Source: Haliotis rufescens
Taxonomy: Eukaryota
Length of the DNA stretch: 64,000 nt
Assembly (NCBI RefSeq): GCF_023055435.1
Contig: NW_025964223.1
Span: 44,144,001-44,208,000, forward strand
Direction: 5' to 3'
A program made the position numbers and the translations under genes. The notes under the pieces were generated by a model. That model had not been told where the DNA came from. It did not search any database and saw only the letters and a program-made list of their open reading frames with translations. Below are positions 12,047 to 23,649 of this stretch, piece by piece; position 1 is the stretch's first letter, and every line of letters starts with the position of its first letter.

Positions 12047-13800
12047 ATGAGACTGCTCGTGGTGTTCCTCCTGATGGCTTTGATTGTTCTCCCCACGGAG
12101 GGACTGTTCCGTCGTCGTCGTCGTCGCAGATGGCTCCGTGTCAGAGGCAGTAGGGTTCTCACTGGCCTTGCTGTTGCTAGCAGACTCGGTCTGATAGGAA
12201 AGAGAGGTAAGACGATGAAAATGTTGACCACCATCCGACCTGTAACCGTTTTTATATGAATGTTGTATTGCCAAATTAACGATGTGACATATTCACATAG
12301 GTATTAACTGTCGTTAAGGCCGATGTGGCGATTTCAAGAAGCGTCATACGACTCTTGCTCAAAATTCGTTTCATCAGGGTTACAGCATTCAATGCCTTAG
12401 TAAAGCTTTCATAAAGTTTTACGATAGACATGTGGAGCACAATTCCACATTTGACCCCTCCGTGACTATAATGATATCCGATACTCTTCTCTACGTTGAC
12501 TTGTATCATCTTTGCCCTGAACTATTGACGCGCCTTTGCAAAAATTTAATAGCAATGGACACGCTATAAACGACCATATCATATTACTTAATCTTTTGAA
12601 ATGTTGAGAATTATAAGATTGAAACATATCCTATTTACATATCATAACGTCACATCTTTATTGCTTCTAGGGACATAGGTTAGGCACAGGTTCACATTGC
12701 TCTACATTTTGCTTGTAAGAGGCAAACAAATTGGATCGGTGGTAAAGCTCGGTGTCATGGTTAATTGCCGCTGGCGTTCCCCGTCGGCATGGGACGCTGC
12801 ATATACTGCCAACCACTGGTTTTTCAGGCCTAGACCAGTATATTTACTGGCTGCCATTACAATTACAATATTGATGAATGCAGCATAACACAACAACCAA
12901 ACAAAGAAACACGCAAAATTCATACCATTCCAATTTGATTTACAAAATAGTAGAATAAAATCATGCATATGTTTTGTTTGTCAATTATAGATATTTTGGT
13001 ATATACACGTAACTAGGTATTATCATTTCCTGTTGTCGGGGAACTGCATTGTTCGATTATTAATGACATTCACGACCAATCACGTATTTTTGTCAGAGGC
13101 ACAAGATGACCTTTTCTCTGCTGATCTGAATGAGGATGGGAACATTGACCAATCGGAGGCTGAGAATCTCTTCGACAAACGCGATGCGGAAGAAATCATG
13201 CAATCGGCTGACATTGACGGTAAGTAACAAAATAGCAGATGCATAGTTTTAAAACTGTCATATGTATTTATCATGAGAGTCCATTGTGATTCACTTCTGA
13301 AAATAAACTTTGTTTGAGTAGTGTAGGGTGTCCTTAAACGCAGATTTTGCCTTGGCCACATGCTCAGTAGGACTGTTGAGGGTTCCTTGCATTTGAACTA
13401 CATTTATGGCTTGTCAACGTATCCCAAATACGTGGATCGATGCGCAAGATGTCAGTCACTGGATTTTCTGGTCCAGACTCGATTATTTGCAGACCTCTGT
13501 CATATAGCTGGAATATTTCTGACTGTGGCGTTAAACAAAAAAACAAAACAACATTTATGGCTGTGATTGTATCCCTCTCTATTTAGCATTCATTGGTTCG
13601 TCTTTGTGTGTTTCAGGTGACTCTGTTGTAAGTCATGAAGAGTTCATCCGAGGAGCGGAAGACTTTTTCTCTCAACGTGTGTACTATTCTATTTTATCGA
13701 ATATAATTATAAAATATCACTGCATTTTTCTAATGATGATATGCGTACCACTCCTCTCTTTTTCATGGCTTTATTTGCTTTTGTTTTAGATGCTGAGTAG
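12047..13800 (+). CDS. Secreted cationic peptide / EF-hand precursor, copy 1 (spliced, 117 aa)
   Basis: Coding exons 12047-12206, 13097-13219, 13617-13676, 13790-13800, all GT-AG and phase 1; 354 nt joined, open to TAG. Protein MRLLVVFLLMALIVLPTEG|LFRRRRRRRWLRVRGSRVLTGLAVASRLGLI|GKR|EAQDDLFSADLNEDGNIDQSEAENLFDKRDAEEIMQSADIDGDSVVSHEEFIRGAEDFFSQHAE. AATAAA at 13865-13870. Exon sizes are shared with the three paralogs. Confidence 0.9.
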
Positions 13801-14845
13801 ACATTTTCGACAAAAGTACAGCAAGATGAAATAATCTGTCAGATTTTCGACACCGGTGCTTGAAAATAAATCAGTGCAGAACAAACTGTTTTTATCATTG
13901 TTATTTGTCACTAAATCTGAAAGGACCCGTGAAGATCCCGGGTAGAATAGGTCTTCAGCAACCCATTCTTGTCGTAAAAGGCTACTATGCTTGTTGTAAA
14001 AGGCGACTAACGGGATCGGGTGGTCAGGCTCGCTGACGTGGTTGAAGCATGTCATCGATCCCGATTGCGTGGATCGATGCTCATGATATCAATCACTGGA
14101 TTGTCTGGTCCAGACTCGATTATTTACAGACCGCCGTCATAAAGCTGGAATATTGCTGAGTGCGGCCTAACCAACCAACCAACCAACTTAACCTGGAAGT
14201 CGCATACGGTTCACTTAACCTTCAGCAAATGACCAATTACACGGATCTACATTAGATGACATTCGCATACTTTGATTCCATCCATTGTGTTACATTTTTT
14301 ATGACTCGGGCTTTGATATTTACGTTGTTATTTTAAAGTAAAATAAATAGCACTGCAGTATATAACGGAAGAGAAGTGTGTGTTGTGTTTTACATTTAGT
14401 CACTGAGGGAGGAAGTGAATAGTTTTTTTTTCAAGAGGCCACAGTATGTGACCTGTGAACAACACAATGCAAATTATAACCCACACTCAATAACACATCC
14501 AACCGGCCTAGTTGTTTAAGGTGGAAATGACTTATGTCGTTCATAAATTTTTAAGTGAAAGAAAAGTTTATGAAGACTAGATTTTGTGTGTTAAGGTTAC
14601 AAAAAAAACCCCCAAAATCAACGTTCGACGTACGTGAATGAGGCTGTCAGAATGCTGCTATTCAGAACATGCTGGACAGAGGGTTACTTACGTCATATTA
14701 ATTTGGTTCTACTGCATATTGACAGCGAGGTTTACGTCTTCATGAATGACATGACCTGTAAGACATCACTGTAATACAAACGAGGGGCAAAGATGGATAT
14801 ATATATATATATATATATACTACTTCATGTCCGTTATTCAGTTAT

Positions 14846-14889
14846 GGCCTGATGAGACTCGTACGTGGTACGAGTTGAAAGCGCTAGCC
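14846..14889 (+). ncRNA. Minimal type I hammerhead ribozyme motif (Penelope-like LTR remnant within (TA)n)
   Basis: GGC-CTGATGA-GACTCGTAC gtg GTACGAGTT-GAAA-GCGC-TA-GCC: complete core, 9-bp stem II, palindromic stem III, stem I GGC/GCC. Confidence 0.72.
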
Positions 14890-14930
14890 TATTAAAACTG
14901 TGTTCAATCTTACTCCACTTATTTAATTAT

Positions 14931-14988
<58 letters not shown>

Positions 14989-15354
14989 ATATCATTGTGA
15001 GGGGTGTATAAATCTGTAAAGGTACATTAATATTGCATAAGCTGTATATGTACATAAGCCAATTGAAATTAATATGCCATAAGCTGATTCATACTGTAAT
15101 AATCATGTCTGAACCAGACAATCCAGTGACTGACATCATGAACATCGATCCACGTCATCGTGTCGCAATTGCGTGGATTGATGTTCATTATGTCAATCGC
15201 TGGATTGTCTGGTTCAGACTCCATTTAGCTGGAATATTGCTGAGTGCGGCGTTAAACAACAAACAAACAATCAAATCATACTATTTGAAAGATGGGCATA
15301 CGTGGAGTTACCCGACCTTTGATGTGTACACAACACTCAACACACCTACATATT

Positions 15355-16796
15355 TGTAGGCCGATGACACAACGCTCTTGTCTACAACCCCACGGGGCTT
15401 ACAGTCTTCCCTTGATTCAGTTCGTTTATATGCCAACAAATGGCGACTCACCTATAATGCCTCCAAGAGTAAATCACTTGTATTCTGCAAAACACGCCAG
15501 CGTCATAATAAAGTAACCTACAAATTTGGCGATGCAATAATTGACACTTCCGACTCCGTCAAATATGGCGGAATAATCATAAACAATAATTTATCCTGTA
15601 AAGAAAGAATCATGACATGTTGCTCAAAAGCAAGAAAAAGTGTTAATTCACTACGATCACTCGGCCTCAACGACTCAGACCTCCACCCAGTTGCATGTGT
15701 CAATATATGGAAAAGAATGATTTTATCTACAAGCTTTTATGGATGTGAATTGTTACCAGCCTTTTACGGTAAAGAACTTGAAATGATTGAATGTACACAA
15801 CGTTACTTTGCTCGTCATATACAAGGATTTGGTAAAAGACATCCAACCGATTCGTCTATTTCTAACTTGGGTATGTGGTCAATGAATGGCTACATTGATA
15901 AATGTAGACTACAATTATTAGGAAGGCTCTGCAATAACGATTGTAACTCAATAACAAAAGACCTATTTTGTGCTCACATTGCTACCAAAGCTTTTGTCAA
16001 TATTAGCCGTCCAGTAAGCATATGCAACATCCTTCTATATACTGCTAAAAAATACCATTTGGATAACTATATAAAGGGATATACTGATAGCGGTTCGTTC
16101 CCAACAAAATCGGCTTGGCGAGCTCTTGTAATCAGACGTCTATCAGAGAATGAACAGTACATCTGGAGAGAGAGACTAGCACAGAGACCGGATCTTTCAC
16201 GATACCATAAAATTCATAAACGGTTACAAATGCATGTTCTTTATAATGTAATGTATCTCTATCCACATCTAAGACAACCCCTGCAACTTTGTATTAAAAT
16301 CGGATCAAGAGCAAAAGTGTCGAAAGAATGTAACCATTGCAATAGACATTGCTATGACTATGATTGCCATATTATTTTGCACTGTGAAATGTTTATGCCT
16401 GACAGAAATAATTTCTTCTCATGCCTAATTGATAAACTTGATGTAGATGTATACGTGAAAATAGATATGCTTGACGATGATGATATGCTTTCTTTCTTTC
16501 TCGGTGCAGATGTCCATGACTTGACAAACGAACTTGATTACGATACTTGGCAAAGCATCATACTGTCTTTCTGCCACTTCGTATGGAATTTAAAGAAATA
16601 CCTTATGTATATCTACTAGATACCTTACTGCTCTCAAAATGTACATTGTAAATTGTTTATTCATAGCAGTGTATAACATGATTTCTTTGTATATAGTCAA
16701 GTAATTTCATTGATGTATTTTAAATAATGTACTTGCCCATGTAAAATCTTCGGATTCAACTCTGGAGGAAATAAAGAAATTCATTCATTCATTCAT
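15355..16796 (+). mobile_element. 5'-truncated LINE (RT C-terminus and Cys/His domain; ORF 15378-16619)
   Basis: (Y>*)ADDTTLLS...LQSSLD...WRLTYNASKS, VKYGG, CNHC...HIILHC; AATAAA 16770 followed by (ATTC)n tail. Confidence 0.88.
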
Positions 16797-16949
16797 ATCC
16801 GTCAGTTCGTTATAAGCGAGTTCGTTATAACCGTAGTTGACTGTATAGAGCCAGAATTGGATGTTTCTCTCTTGAATATTCTGATATTGTTGAATTAAAC
16901 TCCGGTTTATGAATGAAATACCTGGTCATAAATGAGGTTAAATCAGCAA

Positions 16950-19090
16950 CAGTTGATGAGTTGCGCGCTTTTCAAACGGGATCCCTGAAGACATAAATTG
17001 CAGGAAAGAACGACCAACCACAGAGGAAATGTTCATCTTTTGAGATGACAATCGACTTCATCAAGAAAGAAATAGAGAACTTTAGACACGATCAAGAAAT
17101 GATGTGCATTGATATTGATGCATTACAGGGTCAGATGAATAAACTCGAACATTTTTTAGAGAACAATCGGCTAAAGGAGAGAGTCTAGAAGCATTTTGTT
17201 TTGTTTGTTTTACGCCGCACTCAACAATATCCAATCTACTCGTTTATGACGGCGATCTGTAAATAATCGGGTCTTAAAAAAACAGACAACCCAGTGATTG
17301 AAATCTTGAGCATCGATCTAAGCAATTGGGATACGATGACATGTATCAACCAAGTCAGCGAGCCTGACCACCCAATCCCATGAGTTGCTGAAGACCTATT
17401 CTAACCCGGATCTTCACAGGTCTAGCAGCATTTAGTCAGAGGGACAACGGAAGGTTCCACGGTGTTCCAGAACCAGAGAGGGAAACTCATGACGATTATG
17501 CGAATACCGTAATTACTCTTCTCAACGTGTCGAATATAGTATGCCAAATTCAGGAATTATATTGAGAGCACGCCGACTAAAATCAAAGTGAACTGGGATT
17601 GAAAGTAAGCCCCGCCCCCTTATTGTCAAGTTTTCATATTCTGATGACAAAATTTAGGCAGTCGGTAAACACCAATCCTTTCTCGTCAGATAACATGGGC
17701 ATCTCAAACCATGTGATAAATAGTGTAAGACAGATCTAGTTTATTGCAGAAATGCGATGTCGTGGTTGATTGTCACTTTTCAAGATCGGCCGCCTCCAGA
17801 CGAAAACAACTGAAGACAGATGACAAAAGGCAAACACAGACTTCAGCGAGAAGATCGAGATCAAAGGGTCATTAATGACGGTAGACAGCCGACCCCAAAT
17901 GCCAACCTGGAGGAGTGAGTGATTGAGTTGGGTTTAACGTCGCTTTAAACAGTATTCCGGTTATATCAAGGCGTGTCAGCTTAATGTGGGAGGAAAGCCC
18001 GAAGTGGTGCAGGTCTCAGACGTTTACCACTTCGTTGAAACCGACGAGCACGGGTATGGTGCTGACAAACCTAGAAACATAATCGGAACGAACCGATATT
18101 CGAACCCACAATCATAGGTTTCTGGCGTGCCCAAGGGACGCAACTCTGCACAGCGAATCGCGACGCCTTAGACGACTGGGCCACCCGTGCCCTTCAACCT
18201 GGAGGAGAAGTCACAACCTTCACTTAGCAATACCAGTGATGCTCCTGAATACGGGCGAGGCCATGGACCAGAGAACCGTCACGCACCAATCCTTACCACT
18301 TCCTTATCAGATGAATATTTACTTATTCATTATCATAACGTTTTAACATGGAATATTAACGGTATATCATATAACTCGATGATTTTGATTTTCTGAAATA
18401 TTTATCTGAGTTTGACTTTCTGTATTTACTAGAAACAGTCAGTGATAAGTTACTATTCAATTCCATATTTATTAGTGTTTACACCTTATATAGCGAAATT
18501 CACATGGACGACGGTCGGACGGTTTGTATATTTTGACAAAAATACATCAGAACCATTGCGCACACTTGTACATGTAATGCTTAGTATTGATAATTCTGTT
18601 GCTCTGAGAATACTTAAACGGGTACAGCAAAGTAAAAATGATATTTCTTGATAGGTATGTACGTACCAGAGGGGCCCCTATACTATACATCAAGTTGGAA
18701 AAACGTTGGTATTGAACTCCTTGAGCAGTGGTTGGATGACAACCCAGATATCCTAGCTCACCGATGGACGCTGTGACAACCCCTCCCGAGAGTTTATCTG
18801 ACTTAGCCGGGAACGTTTTTTCCAGAAGAAGAAGCGGTGCCACTTAATAGTCGCAATATTATCGCAAGTGACAATATTACCAATAGATTTGAAAGAATAT
18901 TATTAAAGCTGTGTAATACTTTAAATTTTCATATTCTCAACGGACCCCGAATGAGAATGTACCTTCATATCTGAGCAGGGTTCAAGTGTACACGATTATT
19001 TTATCGCTGGAGTTGACGCTTTTCAGCTAGTTGAGCCACTGCATGTAAAGGACACGGTTGAACCGGATCATATGCAATTTAAGCCATTAT
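16950..19090 (+). mobile_element. Decayed LINE 5' half (ORF1 remnant plus AP endonuclease), interrupted by two SINEs
   Basis: Fragments LEAFSQRDN.RFHGVPE and PRPLIVKF (ORF1-like), VLTWNINGI, FLYLLET, ILNG, GSSVHDYFI, PDH (APE-like). Boundaries approximate. Confidence 0.65.
17916..18194 (-). mobile_element. SINE family A
   Basis: Same body; TSD CAACCTGGAGGAG. Confidence 0.88.
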
Positions 19091-21705
19091 TGAAAATGCG
19101 TAGTCAGCAACATTCAGACTGTAGCTAATGTATATATTTGAAATATCCACCGTGCCTCCCAATCACCTTTGTTATAAGCAACTAAGCTAGCGGATACAAG
19201 CATTGATCACGTTTCGAATCATTTGTCCAAGGTTTCTTTACGAAAGCCTAACGGTACGACGGCCTAATGGTGCCTCTTTGGTAGCATATATATAATTATA
19301 TATTTATTTTTAAATCGAAATTTCGCGATATTACAATTATTGGTTTATTTTCACTAATTTGTTATTTTGGTCGTCATTTCGGGTATATTTTCGTAAATTT
19401 CAATTATTTTGCCGTTACTTCCATTATTTACTCGTGGTTTCAATTTGTTCTGCTTTTCAGTTGATGAAAGAGGCAGGGACAAACAAACAATGTGCCTTCA
19501 CAATATATACTATCAGCATCACCGTTGTGTGTTACTAGGAATGTGACACCACTGTCTCTTCAAAGCTTGTTTGCTCGTTTGTTGATCGCTTACCTCCTAT
19601 CATCAAAACATATATTGTCTCAAAAGGGATGCGACAGTTCGCTTTGGTGAGACTTGCTGTGTTGTTTTACAATTTGAAGGGTCACTCACCTGTGACGCTC
19701 CCATGGATTTGTTTGTTTGTTGTTTAACGTTCGGTATCATTCTGCAATATTCCAATTTGGACAAGACAATCAAGTGATTGACATAATGCGCATCGATCTA
19801 CGCAATTAGGATACATGCATTAACCAAGTCAGCGAACCTGACCACCCGATCCCGCTAGCCGTATCTTACGAGGCATAGTCGCCTTTTACGGCAAACATGT
19901 ATTGGGTTGCTGAAGACCTATTCTTACTCTGATCTTAAAAGGGGTACGCCCACACTGAAGAATTATATATCCGTGGCATCAAATATGAAACCCCCCAGAA
20001 AATTTGAAAATCCAAAAGTACCATAATAAACACTGAACGAAAGTCAGCAAAGAAGAAGTCTTCAGGGCCGGTTAAAATAATATATTGTTTATTCCGTTAG
20101 TAGGTTAGGTCAGGTAAAATATGGTTTAACGTCGTGTCTTCTTCTACTTGTCCCGGACACGTGCCGATTTTATAGTGCAAGCCCACAAAATATTGGCAGC
20201 AGTTTAACATGAATACTCCATGGCCACCCCGACACTCCGACACTCCGACACTGTATTCTGACATCGTTTTAGCCCCTTAATGCCTGTAACATGGACCACC
20301 GTGTAACGTCTTTTGGTATGACGCTGCCGCGGATCGGACCCCATATCTTTGCTCTCCAGGCAGACACACTACCACTAGACCACGTAGGCATTCGTAGGCA
20401 TATACATTTTCATTCAATATATTAAAGTAACTATAAGTTCAATAGTTCCGTTTAAACGGTATTGTGATCCATAATTGTGTGCCTCCAAGACAAAATATGC
20501 AAACGAAATGTTATGAGGAAGCTTAAATATTCACTGTCACAGGAATTATGTACAAACAGCAAGCAGGTTTCAAAGCGACACTTCATTACACACCGTTAAT
20601 ATAAATGATACCAATTACGATTTTTGTGTGACTATCCAGCATGAGTATAGAACTATTATTTGTTTGTGTTACACCTGAGGCGAAATTATTTTTTCCACCG
20701 TTTTCTGGAACAAATTATTTTGTGACAAAAGTACCAGCCTCCTTCCTGTATAACTTAAGATGTGAAATAAGGAGACTGTTGTTTATGTAGAAGATAACAT
20801 ATTTCGTAATTTTACTTAGATTAATTAACACTGGGACTGCAAAACCTCACCGGCTCGCATCAGACACACTCTTACAGGTGGTGGTGAGTCAGCTATTATT
20901 AGCAGAATAATATACCTGTATAAGCACCGACGTGAACTTACAGGTTTGGCTTGGGATAGGTTGCTGTATGGGGCACACAGATTAAGTCTGCCACATCATA
21001 GTGACAGATGTCATCAACATGGGGCATGTCAATGTTACAATTAATGGTTGATTCTATTTATCAGAAACCATATGTTGTCAATAATTTTTAGAAAGGTCAT
21101 ATGCGATGTTTGATTTGTTTGATGCTTTAGGCCACACTCAGCAATCTTTAATCTACATGTATATTGCAACGGCTTGTAAATGATCGTTTGGATTAGACAA
21201 AGGTTTGGCAAAAAGTCACATCGTATGCCATTTTTACTATCAAACACCTCTCAACCCTTTCTCTCACAGAACTCAATGAAAGTCACAAAATCATAATCAT
21301 AAGAACATCCAACATAAAGATGTGTTTATGCATCACTGTCAAATATTGGCGATACTAGGTCTTCGCGAAAAATAGTATGAAGGGAATTCCAAAGTTGACC
21401 ATCGTTGAACGATATCAGATTATCAAGAAAGCATTATCAGAATCTCATATTCCTGTCATGGCAACGGGATCCTTTCAGTAGCCTCGCATAAGTTGCATGC
21501 ATAATCTGTGCCTAGTTTAGCAATGTTCATTGTGAATGAAATAAAACAACCCCAAAACATAATTTATAATCACACGAACACATGGTGATGATGCAAGGCT
21601 GCTATCGATTATACAGTGCTGATTGGAACTGACGTCGTGTTGAAATACATTATTCATCGCTTGTCATGCCAAACACCTCATCTGTGAAAGTGATCGTACA
21701 CCTTC

Positions 21706-21761
21706 TATATAAACCAGCCAACAATGAGTCCATATCATCCGAATTCGAGAGACTACTCAAG
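21706..21761 (+). promoter_or_regulatory. TATA box and non-coding exon 1, copy 2
   Basis: TATATAAA 21706-21713, exon about 21737-21761, donor AAG|GTAAGT. Confidence 0.75.
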
Positions 21762-22395
21762 GTAAGTTGCGTTGTGTTGATTTGATTGAAATGCTAATAG
21801 TTTTTCATAACGCGAGTGTTCACCACCGATTGTTTAGGAAGATACTTTGATGATGTTCAGAATTGTGCGTATATTTTCGTCACGTAGGGTAACAGGAGTT
21901 TCAAGCAAACATCCTTTAAGACATTTGTATTTGTTTGCGTTTCTGAGCTCATCTCACATCTTTCCATCCTGCTCAATGATCGAAAAAGTGTTTTATATCA
22001 ATCCAATTCCTCGTTTGAACACATATGTGTACCATCCCGCTTTGTAAAGAACTCCGCTTTTTAAGCGCCCAGGACTGATGCACCAACCTCATCAACAATA
22101 ACGATGCTGAGAGTTTATGTGAACGTACATGTGCCATTGTCAGAAACTATTTAAATCTATTTAATGTGTTGAAGACCAATTGTGGATGATTCTGTCCATT
22201 TCCAAATATTCGACAAAACAGTTACCAAATGCCAAACAATACAGTTGTGCTTCTTGTTTTTCATTGTTTTCGCCCGGCCACTCCCGCTGAAGCTGAAGCT
22301 GAACCTAATAGTATGACCTACAAACATAACACAGCGATTACAATACGTAGCCATATTCGTCCTCACCACACAAAATAATCCCACAAAATAATAGT

Positions 22396-22657
22396 CCCGT
22401 GAAGATTCCGGGTTAGAATAGGTCTTCAGCAACCCATGCTTGTCGTAAAAGGTGACTATGCTTGTCGTAAAAGGCGACTAACGGGATCGGGTGGTCAGGC
22501 TCGCTGACTTGGTTGATGCATCTTATCGATCCCAATAGCGTGGATCGATGCTCATGATATTAATCACTGGATTGTCTGGTCCAGACTCGATTATTTACAG
22601 ACCGCCGTCATATAGCTGGAATATTGCTGAGTGCGGTGTTAAACAACAAACCAACAA
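22396..22657 (+). mobile_element. SINE-like family B (representative; other copies about 4256-4524 -, 6215-6435 -, 8637-8895 +, 10872-11128 +, 13926-14187 +, 17194-17421 -, 19708-19940 -, 34925-35090 -, 59370-59615 +)
   Basis: CCCGTGAAGAT...AGGCGACTAACGGGATCGGGTGGTCAGGCTCGCTGAC...GCTGGAATATTGCTGAGTGCGGCGTTAAAC(AAAC)n; TSD CACAAAATAATA at this copy. Confidence 0.85.
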
Positions 22658-23649
22658 CACAAAATAATATATGTTTGTATTTCATGTATTTGTTCAGATG
22701 AAACTTAAAGAAAAATAAGAATGCCCATGAAGAGCTAAGTTCAAAGTGTTCGCCAATGATTCTGTTAAAGAAATAGATGATATCCATAGTTTTGTGGTTA
22801 TTTTCTCCCTGTGTGTTTGGTTAGTGTTTCATGCAGTTATATTGGCGTACGAAAATCCTCAGTCTCCCACTGAGCCTATGTTTTATGATCTTCCGCAGTT
22901 CCAACCGACTCTTCCGCTGAAAATGAAAATGTTTTCTCGTTTATAACGACCCATTCGATTAGATAATAGATATCATCCCACTTTTGAAAGTTGTTTTTTA
23001 TTTATATTTTTTTATGAACCAGATTTAAACTACGGAGTTAATAAACTGTGAACCACGTTTGTCCATATTCTCAAACAAAGATAATTAAATATACATTTTT
23101 GTCTCACAGCTGTTCTCTATGAAGATGAGCAGGGATGAGAAAAACACACACAATGATATGAATTGACTCAAATATTGATTACTGTGCGTAGCCAGATTCT
23201 TCCTAATACTGGTCGGTATTCATGTTGATGTTGGTTATTTTGGAAACAGACCTGTACTTTAAAATAAGCGGGTGTCAGGGTAGATTCGGTACACGTGATG
23301 TTCCTTCAAAATGGATTTCGCGAGAGTGAGCTTTTGTATTGGATTCTGATTCAGAAACCTCAAGTTAAAAAAACCCGAAACACGGTTGGTTTGAATCTAC
23401 CATGACAAAATGACCGCAGATAACCGAAGTCCTTGGTGATAATAATTATAATTAGTTTTTATTCTCACTTTGGAATTTGTTTGAACATCCATCTAAACCC
23501 AATATGTATAACTGAATTACTTTTAAGAGTGGCATTAAAACAAAATACACTAACACACACACACACACTTGCTTTTAGTTGTCCGCCATTGGTTTTCCTG
23601 TAATTATAATGCATAACTGATTCTTTTATGTGCCATTCTCTGTTTCAAG

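Noticed and set aside
11983-12234. Minus-strand Arg-rich ORFs over the peptide exon in each copy
   Set aside because: Antisense shadows of the (CGT)n codons; no independent gene signals.
12002-12259. Single-exon ORFs (also 23650-23853, 38221-38454, 46368-46601) as complete genes
   Set aside because: They read through a conserved donor after GKR; in-frame downstream exons with poly(A) signals give a better model. Intron retention remains possible but is unsupported.
21381-21391. kB-like site GGGAATTCC upstream of copy 2
   Set aside because: Not seen at the equivalent position in other copies; could be chance.
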